Below are positions 11,300 to 21,359 of a DNA stretch of 35,590 bases, piece after piece. The number at the start of each line of letters is the position of its first letter. Position 1 is the first letter of the stretch. The position numbers and the translations under genes are program-made. A model generated the notes under the pieces. The model had not been told where the DNA came from. It did not search any database and saw nothing but the letters and a program-made list of their open reading frames with translations. This DNA is from Octopus bimaculoides (Eukaryota), in the NCBI RefSeq assembly GCF_001194135.2, contig NC_068990.1, positions 66,910,584 through 66,946,173 of the forward strand, given 5' to 3'.

Positions 11300-14090
11300 A
11301 AGATGACAGACTCGGAGATGTCAAAAGGAAAAAGAGAACCTCATTGCACAAAAGCACCAAGATGAAACAGAACAGCAAGCAGCAAGAAAGATCTAAGAAT
11401 AAAAGCCTCACAAAAGGTGCCAAGGTGCAACAGAAGAGCAAATAGCTGAGAGGAGAGATCTAAGAATAAGAGCTTCACAAAGCACCAAGATGAAGCAGAA
11501 GAGTAAGCAGCAGAGAAGTGGGAAGAGCTAAGAATGAGAGCATTACAGAGGTGACAAGATGAAGCTGAATAGCAAGCAGCCCAAAGGAGAGAAATTGAAA
11601 GAGAGAGAACATTGCAAAGGCACCTAGGTGAAACAGAAAAGCAGACAGCAGAGAGGAGAGGGGGTTTATGATAGAAAGAGAGACTAAGACTAGAGAATGA
11701 AACTGAAGAAGAAGCAAATGTTTGCAGAGAGTGAATGATGAGAAGAATGGAAAAATTAATTAATACTGAAATGGAAGAATGGAGAAATAATCGAAGGCAG
11801 ATGAAGGCGAACGCCATGAGAGTTGTGTGAAGAGTTGGAAATCGTGTAAATTTAGTAAATAATCATATTTATAATGAAGAGAATGTTTCAGTTCATAACT
11901 GTGGTGATATGAGCACATTGTGTCAGTTTTGTAGAACCAAACATTTTGCTTCAGAGTGACCGTCAGACGGATGATTTAAAAGTTGCTGCCATAAAGGGTA
12001 AGTCCTGCCTCCAATTAGAAGAGAATTTCCTTCATACTTACGATCTCTGTTGTCAGACCCTCAACATCCACATTATGTTAACTTCAAAGAAAACATAAGG
12101 TCATGNNNNNNNNNNNNNNNNNNNNNNNNNNNNNNNNNNNNNNNNNNNNNNNNNNNNNNNNNNNNNNNNNNNNNNNNNNNNNNNNNNNNNNNATCTCTGT
12201 TGTCAGACCCTCAACATCCACATTATGTTAACTTCAAAGAAAACATAAGGTCATGCAACTTTGCTCTAACTTTCGCATCTATGGGTGCCCACATTGATGA
12301 CCCATAAGGACGAGGTCCATTCTGCTTCAGAGTGCAGGGCCAAGTTTATCACAGGACTTCGCACATGCATGCTGTTGAGGGTCAACAGAGGCAATTCGTC
12401 CAACTGTATATTGTTGACAACGTTCAAGCAACCACAGTGTGGGCTCAGAATGCAACAAATGAAAGATATATACTTGAGGTGATGCACAGATTTGATGAGA
12501 TTATCAGAGAGAACGATGTCTATGCTGCATCTTACAGGATATCACGAGAAGTAGAACTGCATGAGGAACAGCATCCTCAACAGGAACAGAGGCCTATGTC
12601 TGTCCTAAATTTAGTCTTCAATAGGGAACACACTGCTGATAGGCGGAAACACAATTTACCAACAGTTAATGAAATAGCTATGGTCTTCAGCAATACTGAC
12701 GGCAAGCCACCATTCAACAGAGATTTCAAAGTTTACCCAAGAAACTATGAAGTCCATGTGATCAGTTTGAACATTCTTAGCCCCAACCTCGACCCAATGG
12801 TGTATGTATTGTTCTTTCCATATGGAGAGCCAGACTGGCAACCACATGTGATTGGTAATAAAAATAGAGCAAACTCAAGGCAAAATGTTACAATGCTCCA
12901 ACATAAAGTATCTCTTACACCAGTTAGAGACGGTGGATTTAACCCAGTTATTCATGGAGGTAAGCTTTTCCAGCAAAAGGCAGTAGACTCTTACCTGCAA
13001 GTCGAAGGTAACAATTTAGATTTTGTGAGGACTCATCAACACAGGTTAAAAGTAGAACAATACCATGGTATTGCCGATCATTTACAGAATGCTGTTAATG
13101 CTGCAAATGCTCAAATAGGACACACAGTTATCTTGCCTTCATCATTTCAAGGGTTTCCTGGGAATATGTATGAGCACTATTAAGATGCCATGACTATTGT
13201 GCACATATATGATCCTCCTGATATCTTCCTCTCAGTAACCTGCAATCTTAATTGGCAAGAAATTAGAGAGAATTTACTTCCAGGCCAAACTCCCATCAGA
13301 TAGACCGGATTTGGTCGCCCGTGTATTTAGTATAAAGCTGCACGAACTCTTAAATGACATCCCTAAGAAACATATATTTGGAAGAGTCACTGCTTACTGC
13401 CACACCAATCTCAAAAGTGGGGCTTACCACATGCCTACCTGTTAAACATTTTGCACCCTGATGATAAATTGGATGATCCTGAAAGAATTAATCAAATTGT
13501 CTTTGCCGAGATCCTGGATCCTGTCACTGAACCCTTACTATATGAAACAGTGAAAAGGTGCATGATCCATGGGCCTTGTTGTGATCTCAATCCTGCTACT
13601 CCCTGCATAGAAAATAACAAATGTCTTAAAGGAGTATCAACAAGAGACAAGGATAAGCCCAAATGGTTACCCATTGTACAGGCGACGTTGAGGGACATCA
13701 GTTTGAGTTTGCAGCCATGCAATAAACAATTGGCATGTAGTGCCCTACAATATATATCTGTGCCATAAGTTCAATGCTCATATTTGTGTTGAGATTTACG
13801 TCTTCGTCTCCTCTGTGAAATATATTTACAAGTGTATCTACAAGGAATATGACTCCATCAATGTTGACATCAATGAAGCAACTTCAAACAATGAGATTGT
13901 ACATGATGAAGTATGCAACCATTTAGATGCTAGGTATGTGAGTGCTCCTGAAAGTATGTGGTGCCTGCTTGAGAATAAAATGCATGACCTATCTAATTCA
14001 GTTATTCGTCTGCCTGTCCATCTGCCACAAGGGCAACTTATATATGTTGAAGAGGGTCAAGAGAGACAGGCACTTGAGAGAGCTCAAGCC
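11300..14090 (+). pseudogene. Helitron RepHel remnant (N-terminal repeats, Zn-finger-like motif, HUH Rep domain; helicase missing)
   Basis: GDMSTLCQFCRTKHF...CCHKG*VLPP at about 11.9-12.0 kb. ORF 12332-13183 has QLYIVD, NLPTVNEIAMVF, DPMVYVLFFPYGE, GGKLFQQKAVDSY, ILPSSFQG. PDIFLSVTCN at about 13216; QKWGLPHAYLL (HUH motif) at about 13410; MIHGPC; PYN...KFNAHICVE...VKYIYK; DARYVSAPE...VIRLPVHLP. Several stops and frameshifts. Confidence 0.95.
11361..11790 (+). repeat. About 69-nt coding repeats (STPR-like 23-aa units) at the Helitron N-terminus
   Basis: (D/G/N)E(T/A)E starts at 11361, 11424, 11489, 11558, 11627, 11696 and about 11762; three successive spacings are exactly 69 nt. Confidence 0.7.
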
Positions 14091-14121
14091 TCCCCTCTCC
14101 ATGCCATGGAGAGGGGAGGCT
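14087..14121. other. Perfect 17-bp inverted repeat with 1-nt spacer
   Basis: AGCCTCCCCTCTCCATG-C-CATGGAGAGGGGAGGCT, located exactly where Helitron homology stops. Confidence 0.95.
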
Positions 14122-14266
14122 GGTATGCATAGGTAACTACTGGTCTCCCATAAACAACCTTGCCCGGATTTATGCTTTGGAGAGGAACTTTCTAGAAGCA
14201 ATCCCAGAGTCATTCATGTCTGAAGGGGGTCTTTATCCTTTACATATATATATATATATATATATA

Positions 14267-14720
14267 TTCATGGTTCTCCTTTGGTTATGATAATGAGCGT
14301 CCTCATGCAGATGCTAATGAACTTTCTCCACATTTCTGGGGATGACACTCGTGGCAGGTTTTCCAGATCACTCATCACCTTCCAGGGACGTTCTTCTGCT
14401 TTTGAAGTGCTTGTGCTACTTGAAACATTGTGTATGACCCACTTCCTCATCACTGTAAGCCTGCCAAAGCATGCTCAATGTCTCTGTACCAGATTTCCCA
14501 AGTTTAATGAAAAATTTCAACTTGGCTCTTTGTTCCAACTTCCTGCCCATGACAAAATCGCACACATCAGCATACACATGATCACAAGATCCCAAATTTC
14601 TCATCTTCTGATGTAAACACAGTGATGTCATTTGGCTCTCTGCCTCATGAAGGTCACTGCTAGCTCTCACTGCACACGCAATCTTGTGCTGCTGTCTGTT
14701 GGCACACTACAGAACTACTC
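14267..14720 (-). pseudogene. Second mariner remnant (N-terminal HTH only, different subfamily)
   Basis: LEQRAKLKFFIKLGKSGTETLSMLWQAYSDEEV...CFK*HKHFK...SLEGDE*SGKP. Confidence 0.85.
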
Positions 14721-16647
14721 TAGGAACTTTTTAATAGCATCTTGTACAATACAGCCACACCTATGCCTAGCAGATCAATTATATAGAGTGTTATATAAGT
14801 ATATTGAATCAATTATATAAAATTTATGTGATCATATCTTTTTAGAAGCATATAACATTTCGTGTGTTTGCTAGAACCAAATATAATAGCTATATTTGTC
14901 AAATTCAAAACAAGTTTTCTACTAATCAGCATTTTATATACAAAACATTTTGTAATTCTAATTGTAATTGAAAATTTCTTCTACAGATTTATAGCAAGAT
15001 GGGGGATTATCTTTTAATCAGAGAGAGAGAGTGGGAGGGAGAGGGAGGGAGAGATGGGGAGATGGACAGTGATAGAAAGAAAGATTTGAATAAATGAAAA
15101 TGAGAAATGAATTCTTTGCATCTTTTATCTGACTGTCTGGTCAGGATTAGTGGTAAATATCTATTGAAACATGACTGCAGCAACCGAATAGATTTTCTTG
15201 TGTTTTTCTCAAATACATAGAGAACTCATTTGAATGAAAGCAACAAAATGATAGACACACTCTGAGTGGGGGGATTAAAAATGGCCACAGTCCGCCGCTT
15301 GTTTGGTCAGTGATTAACATTCCGTACAGCTGGTGTCTGTGTTTTGAATCAACAAGGAGGCAATTAATAATATTTAATATGAAACATTATTGTAGTTTAC
15401 AAGATTAGGTTGGCTTCCTGTCAAGTTGAATAAGTCCAGTACAAAAACTTTGATTTTTATCTCTAATATTCTGTACATGTGTGTCTATGGGTGGGCTATA
15501 CGTATATGTGTATACATATATGTGTGTGCGTGCATATATCTATATATCTATATCTATATATATATATATTTATTTATCTATTTATATCTATATATACGTA
15601 CACATACACACACACACATATGTATGTATGTATGAATGTACTATGTAAGGGAATGCATGTGTGCGTGGGGAATTTGCATGCAGCTGAGTTCAACAATTTT
15701 TTAAGGTGAGGTCATGTCTCTTAATTTCATTTTTGGTTTAATATGATTGAACAGAGATGTTTGTTTACTGATACGAAAATATTGATAAAAAAGTTTTAAT
15801 AATGTCTATTTTTCTATTTCCTAATTTTATCCACTTCAAACACATGATGGCCTCTGTTACCTAGGTGATCTAATTAGCAGCAATGTTTGTAGCCTTCGAC
15901 CCTCTATCCCTCAAAGGGGATTTTAACCAAATATATTACAAGCTATTATTAATAGCTGTATTTGCTTCAAGATATATTGTCAAATGATTTATTTACCTAT
16001 TTCTCAATACCTATCTATCTATTTTTCTCCCTCTCTCTTTCTTTAAATATATATATATTTGTGTGCATGTGTGTATATGTGTATATCTATACACACATTC
16101 TCACATCAGTATACAACACATCTATACACATCATATGCCCTCACCAAGGTAGACTTCTTTCTTACATTTATCTGATTCCTCTTAGAGTCAGTTTTTAAAC
16201 ATATCTGTCCTCTGTTGAAAACGGATGTTAAATGTTAATGATGATAAATATATACACACACTCATATAGACAAAGAAATAAATGTCTCTACTTCTTCTTT
16301 ATTCCCTAACTGGTGACTGGAAGGCAGTCTTTTCAACCAATATGCTACTATGGGTGCCACTGGATGATGGACTCTGGTGATGATGTTATTCCGTGCTTAC
16401 TGATCCATGGCACTGGCCTTAGCAGTGTTGAAGTCAAGGTGCCGTGATTTCAGATCTCCCTCAATCTGTTTCACCCATATCTTCTCTACTACAACCTCAG
16501 TCAGTTGACAGGTCATTTTCTTTGACTTGTGAGCTACGCAGTAACCACACTAGTGCCAGTGCGGCAAAAATGTACCAGTATGGAAAACAGACGTTAAATG
16601 CTAATGCTGATCATGATGAGAATGATGATGATGATAATATGATAATG

Positions 16648-16695
<48 letters not shown>

Positions 16696-17162
16696 NNNNN
16701 NNNNNNNNNNNNNNNNNNNNNNNNNNNNNNNNTCTGCTTCTCCCCCACCACATTCAAATTCATCCAAAATTTCTAAATTTCCTTTAAATATAGTGTTCTT
16801 AGATTTAATTGCAGTTTTTATTGCAAATGAGCCATTATTGAAATCTAAACATAAACAAAACAACTTCCACCAATTGTTATTACTTGTTTCCTGTGGCTCA
16901 GCAAGTTTTATTTAATAATGCAACTGATCTCTTTATATTAATGATTGTCTTTCATTAAATAATTAGAGATAATTTGTAATAATGGTTGAAATGTTGATTA
17001 CATCCCACTCCTTAAGTATATGTACAACTACACACACAAATATATATGTAGGCAAACACACACATAACATAAATCTTATATGCCTGTCTATTCTTGTATG
17101 TATTTATGTATTTTATGCATGTATATGTATGTATGTATACACACAAACACACACACACGCAC

Positions 17163-17410
17163 ATTCTAATTGATTAATACTGAAAACAGAGTATACTGGA
17201 TACTTTATTTAGGACAACGATCATTTCGGCTTACTTCTGCACTGCTCCTGGTGGGTGGGGAATGATGTAATGCAATCGAATGCACCCCATACTGCAGAAG
17301 AAACCTCCTGAGGTCACATTAAGCAATTCAGTGCTATAAGATGTACATTTTACTGATATGTGTGGCAGGATATTTTGGTATCATATGCATGTTAGTAGAT
17401 GACCAATATG
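17163..17410 (-). mobile_element. PLE-like pLTR, family H copy 1, with long-helix-II hammerhead (17212-17317)
   Basis: Inverted homolog of 19290-19548. Minus strand reads gtgac-CTCAGGA-GGTTT-CTTCTGCA...TGCAGAAG-t-AAGCC-GAAA-TGATCG-T-T-GTCC. Confidence 0.7.
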
Positions 17411-17439
17411 AGGCAGGGTTTGTGGTGTATATTTACTCG

Positions 17440-17525
17440 GTGCAGCCATCTGGCTTGCCAGTCCTCAGTCAGATCGTCCAACCCATGCTAGCATGGAAAG
17501 CGGACGTTAAACGATGATGATGACG
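17440..17525 (+). mobile_element. RTE 3' tail
   Basis: cccatgctagcatggaaagcggacgttaaac followed by (GAT)n. Confidence 0.85.
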
Positions 17526-17528
17526 ATT

Positions 17529-17685
17529 TAGAGAATGACTGTAAAGAAGACAAAAAATAAATATAAAGAATAGATGGAATGGTCAGAATGGTTTTTGGAT
17601 GAACCCTTTTCATTCAAAAACCATTCTGGCCATTGCATCAATTCCTTACATTTACTTTTTCATATTCTTTAACAATCATTCCCTA
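17529..17685. mobile_element. Fold-back / MITE-like element
   Basis: Inner arms 17578-17603 and 17609-17634 match at 24/26. Outer arms 17529-17548 and 17665-17685 are also complementary. Confidence 0.6.
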
Positions 17686-17890
17686 GGCGCAGGAGTGGCT
17701 GTGTGGTAAGGAGCTTGCTTACCAACCACATGGTTCCGGGTTCAGTCCCACTGTGTGGCACCTTGGGCAAGTGTCNNNNNNNNNNAGTCCCACTGTGTGG
17801 CACCTTGGGCAAGTGTCTTCTACTATAGCCTCAGGCCGACCAAAGCCTTGTGAGTGGATTTGGTAAACAGAAACTGAGAGAAGCCAGTCG
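17684..17890 (+). mobile_element. CORE-type SINE, family B, 5' half
   Basis: ggcgcaggagtggctgtgtggtaag...ggttcagtccc (tRNA-like boxes), ggcaccttgggcaagtgtcttctac (CORE-like). Reverse-complement copy at 35190-35350. Confidence 0.9.
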
Positions 17891-17934
17891 TATATATATG
17901 TATATATGTATGTATGTATATATATATATATATA

Positions 17935-19058
17935 TGGCCCTGCTCAGTATGTAGAAAAGGAGTAGGTAGTAACTCTATAAGATGTACCCGGTGCAAGCTA
18001 TGGACACATAAGAGGTGCAGCAACATCAAAGGCAGGTTAACTAGCAAGTTAGTTTTTGTTTGTGGCAGATGTTCAGGTACAATAAAGACTGCAAACAAAC
18101 AGGAAACAACTTCTATCTCATTCCAGGGTGAAAAACTAGAGGTAGTCGATAGCTTCCGCTATCTGGGCGACCAAGTTAGTAGTGGGGGTGGGTGCGCTGA
18201 AAGTGTAGCTGCTAGAATAAGAATAGCCTGGGCAAAGTTTAGAGAGCTCTTNNNNNNNNNNNNNNNNNNNNNNNNNNNNNNNNNNNNNNNNNNNNNNNNN
18301 NNNNNNNNNNNNNNNNNNNNNNNNNNNNNNNNNNNNNNNNNNNNNNNNNNNNNNNNNNNNNNNNNNNNNNNNNNNNNNNNNNNNNNNNNNNNNNNNNNNN
18401 NNNNNNNNNNNNNNNNNNNNNNNNNNNNNNNNNNNNNNNNNNNNNNNNNNNNNNNNNNNNNNNNNNNNNNNNNNNNNNNNNNNNNNNNNNNNNNNNNNNN
18501 NNNNNNNNNNNNNNNNNNNNNNNNNNNNNNNNNNNNNNNNNNNNNNNNNNNNNNNNNNNNNNNNNNNNNNNNNNNNNNNNNNNNNNNNNNNNNNNNNNNN
18601 NNNNNNNNNNNNNNNNNNNNNNNNNNNNNNNNNNNNNNNNNNNNNNNNNNNNNNNNNNNNNNNNNNNNNNNNNNNNNNNNNNNNNNNNNNNNNNNNNNNN
18701 NNNNNNNNNNNNNNNNNNNNNNNNNNNNNNNNNNNNNNNNNNNNNNNNNNNNNNNNNNNNNNNNNNNNNNNNNNNNNNNNNNNNNNNNNNNNNNNNNNNN
18801 NNNNNNNNNNNNNNNNNNNNNNNNNNNNNNNNNNNNNNNNNNNNNNNNNNNNNNNNNNNNNNNNNNNNNNNNNNNNNNNNNNNNNNNNNNNNNNNNNNNN
18901 NNNNNNNNNNNNNNNNNNNNNNNNNNNNNNNNNNNNNNNNNNNNNNNNNNNNNNNNNNNNNNNNNNNNNNNNNNNNNNNNNNNNNNNNNNNNNNNNNNNN
19001 NNNNNNNNNNNNNNNNNNNNNNNNGCGGACGTTAAACGATGATGATGATGATGATGAT
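17935..19058 (+). mobile_element. 5'-truncated RTE-clade LINE with PHD-like Cys/His finger
   Basis: WPCSVCRKGVGSNSIRCTRCKLWTHKRCS...FVCGRC...LEVVDSFRYLGDQV...RIRIAWAKFREL; then the gap; then gcggacgttaaac(GAT)n tail. Confidence 0.9.
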
Positions 19059-19059
19059 G

Positions 19060-19270
19060 TGTTTGTGTGTCTGTTTGTCCCCCTAGCATTGCTTGACAAC
19101 CGATGCTGGTGTGTTTATGTCCCCATCACTTAGCAGTTCGGCAAAAGAGACCAATAGAATAAGTACTAGGCTTACAAAGAATAAGTCCTGGGGTCGAATC
19201 GCTCGACTAAAGGTGGTGCTCTAGCATGGCTGCAGTCAAATGACTGAAACAAGTAAAATAGTAAAGAGAG
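19060..19270 (+). mobile_element. SINE family B, 3' half
   Basis: gcttgacaacc...aagagaccaatagaataagtactaggcttacaaagaataag...gcagtcaaatgactgaaac; homologous to 34930-35110 (reverse complement). Confidence 0.85.
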
Positions 19271-19289
19271 AGTAAATATACACCCTGCC

Positions 19290-19548
19290 TTGTTAATCTA
19301 TTGGTGAACCACTAACATGCATATAATACCAACATATCTTGCCACACATATCAGCGAAATGTACATCTTATAGCACTGAGCTGCTTAATGTGACCTGAGG
19401 AGGCTTCTTCTGCAATATGGGGTGCATTCAATTCCATTGCATCATTCCTCACCCACTGGGGAGCAGTACAGAAGTAAGCCTAAATGATTGTTGTCCTAAA
19501 TAAAGCTTCCAGTACACTCTGTCTTCGGTATTAATCATTTAGAATACT
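19290..19548 (+). mobile_element. PLE-like pLTR, family H copy 2, with long-helix-II hammerhead (19390-19496)
   Basis: gtgac-CTGAGGA-GGCTT-CTTCTG...CAGAAG-t-AAGCC-TAAA-TGATTG-T-T-GTCC. Confidence 0.7.
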
Positions 19549-19874
19549 CTCAACATGCACCAAGGAATTCCTTATGTATATCCAGCAATGAATGTGCACT
19601 ACCCCAAATGACACCTGATAGCTGCAAGTGGTGAACATGCTTCGTAGGCACACCACAAGAGACATTCCCATAACAACATTTGGATGATACACCTTAAAGT
19701 CTCCTACATAAGCTCTAATTTTAAATACACCTTATATATNNNNNNNNNNNNNNNNNNNNNNNNNNNNNNNNNNNNNNNNNNNNNNNNNNNNNNNNNNNNN
19801 NNNNNNNNNNNNNNNNNNNNNNNNNNNNNNNNNNNNNNNNNNNNNNNNNNNNNNNNNNNNNNNNNNNNNNNNNN

Positions 19875-20347
19875 TATTAATAAGGGTAGGAATTGATATT
19901 AATCAATTACAACCAGTGGTCTAGCATATTAAAAAAATCCGAAGATTAAAATTATATTACATACAAAAATGCTGGTCATTCCTCTTATTCTCTGTGTGTT
20001 TGTTGTGGATGTGTACCTGGGGAGGTATGTTAGAGTATGTTGAGTTGTGGTCTGTATTTTTGAATAAGTATATTTTCCTTATTTATTCGTGTTTGGTCAC
20101 TGGTGTTGTGTGGGCATTGGTACAGTGGGAAACTAGGAACTTGGGGGACTTCTTTGTGCACAGAGATCCACTAGATGGTATCTGTCTTGTGGGGTGGGGT
20201 CCCTCAATTGTTGGCAGTAGACTGTCATCCTATCTCTGAGGGTAAGACTAGTCTACCCTATGTAGTCTTTGTGGCACCCTTCACACATAATGGCACAAAG
20301 TAAATTGTTTGATGTGCAGGTGAAGTTAATTTTTATGACAAACAATG
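19875..20347 (-). pseudogene. Penelope-like GIY-YIG endonuclease C-terminal fragment plus 3' UTR
   Basis: PLFVIKINFTCTSNNLLCAIMCEGCHKDYIG*TSLTLRDRMTVYCQQLRDP (YIG at 20256-20264). After a frameshift: PKFLVFPLYQC...INKENILIQKYRPQLNIL* (stop 20030-20032). Not in the ORF track. Confidence 0.85.
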
Positions 20348-20518
20348 GCGGGAACTTAGTTGCCAACCCAATAAAATAAAATATATACAAATTATAAAAA
20401 TAGTAAAAAAAATATACAATACTGTTTCTACTTCGTGGATTTTCACCTATTGCAATGGATTTTGGAATGTAACACCTGCAATAGTCAAGGGATTACTGAA
20501 AATTATAGATATATCATG

Positions 20519-20630
20519 GTCTTCTGTAATATGGGGTGCATTCAATTCCATTACATCATTCGTCACCCACTGGGGAGCAGTACAGAAGTAAGCCAAAATG
20601 ATCATTGTCCTCAATAAAGCTTTCAGTACA
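20519..20630 (+). mobile_element. PLE-like pLTR, family H copy 3 (3' half of hammerhead)
   Basis: cttctgtaatatggggtgcattc...tacagaagtaagcc-AAAA-tgatca-tt-gtcc; near-identical to 19406-19520. Confidence 0.75.
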
Positions 20631-20639
20631 CATCATCAT

Positions 20640-21300
20640 CATCTTTCATCATCATTGAGTGTCTGTTTTCCATGCTAGCATGGGTTAGATGGTTTGACAG
20701 GAGCTGGTAAGCTTGAGGATTGTGCTAAACTCTACTGTCTGCTTTGGCATGGTTTTTACTCCTGGGTGCCTTTCCTAATGCCAACCACTTCATAGAGTGT
20801 ACTGGGTGGTTTTCATGTGACACCAGTGCTAGAGAGTTCACCAAATAACTTGCAAGACAAGATCCCCTCGGCTGACTGGAGGTTAGTATTGAGTAAGATG
20901 GATTTGTGCCAGGTGATGAGAGATTAAACTATGAGAGAGGGATAGAAACTTGCTGTAGAGGAGATACTTGGCAACCCCAGTTAGAGGACAGAGAGAAAGA
21001 GAGAGAAGATGGTGATGAAGATGTGCCAGGGCCTACCCTCAAGGTACAAGAAGGTGAATGTAAACGGAGAAGCATAGAGGGTTGGATAGGTTGAGTGAAC
21101 AGGGAGTTCGTAAGAGTGCAAAGAGAGAGTGGGAGAGAGTGGAGGAGAAGGGGAATGCAGTGAGTGGTGAACATGGGTATATAGGGGAGTGGCAGGATAA
21201 CAATGATACAGATGACAAGGGGAGGTCAGGAGAGAGAGAGATGACACAGGAGCATTGAACTGCAAAGCAAGGGATGGAGAGACAAACAGAAGTAGTTCAG
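20640..21300 (-). mobile_element. RTE-tail-related repeat with long purine/pyrimidine-biased extension
   Basis: ttccatgctagcatgggtt...gcctttcctaatgccaaccact...accctcaaggtacaa; homologous to the reverse complement of 29990-30625. Confidence 0.6.
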
Positions 21301-21359
21301 TTCATTAGTTGAAGGTGATGAAGCAATGTAACATGTGGGTGGAGAACACACAATACACA

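Noticed and set aside
11341-11817. 158-aa hydrophobic minus-strand ORF
   Set aside because: Antisense shadow of the purine-rich Helitron repeat region.
12043-12255. 63-bp direct repeat inside the Helitron
   Set aside because: Identical copies flank an N gap, so it is an unmerged contig overlap. The same applies at 17744-17817.
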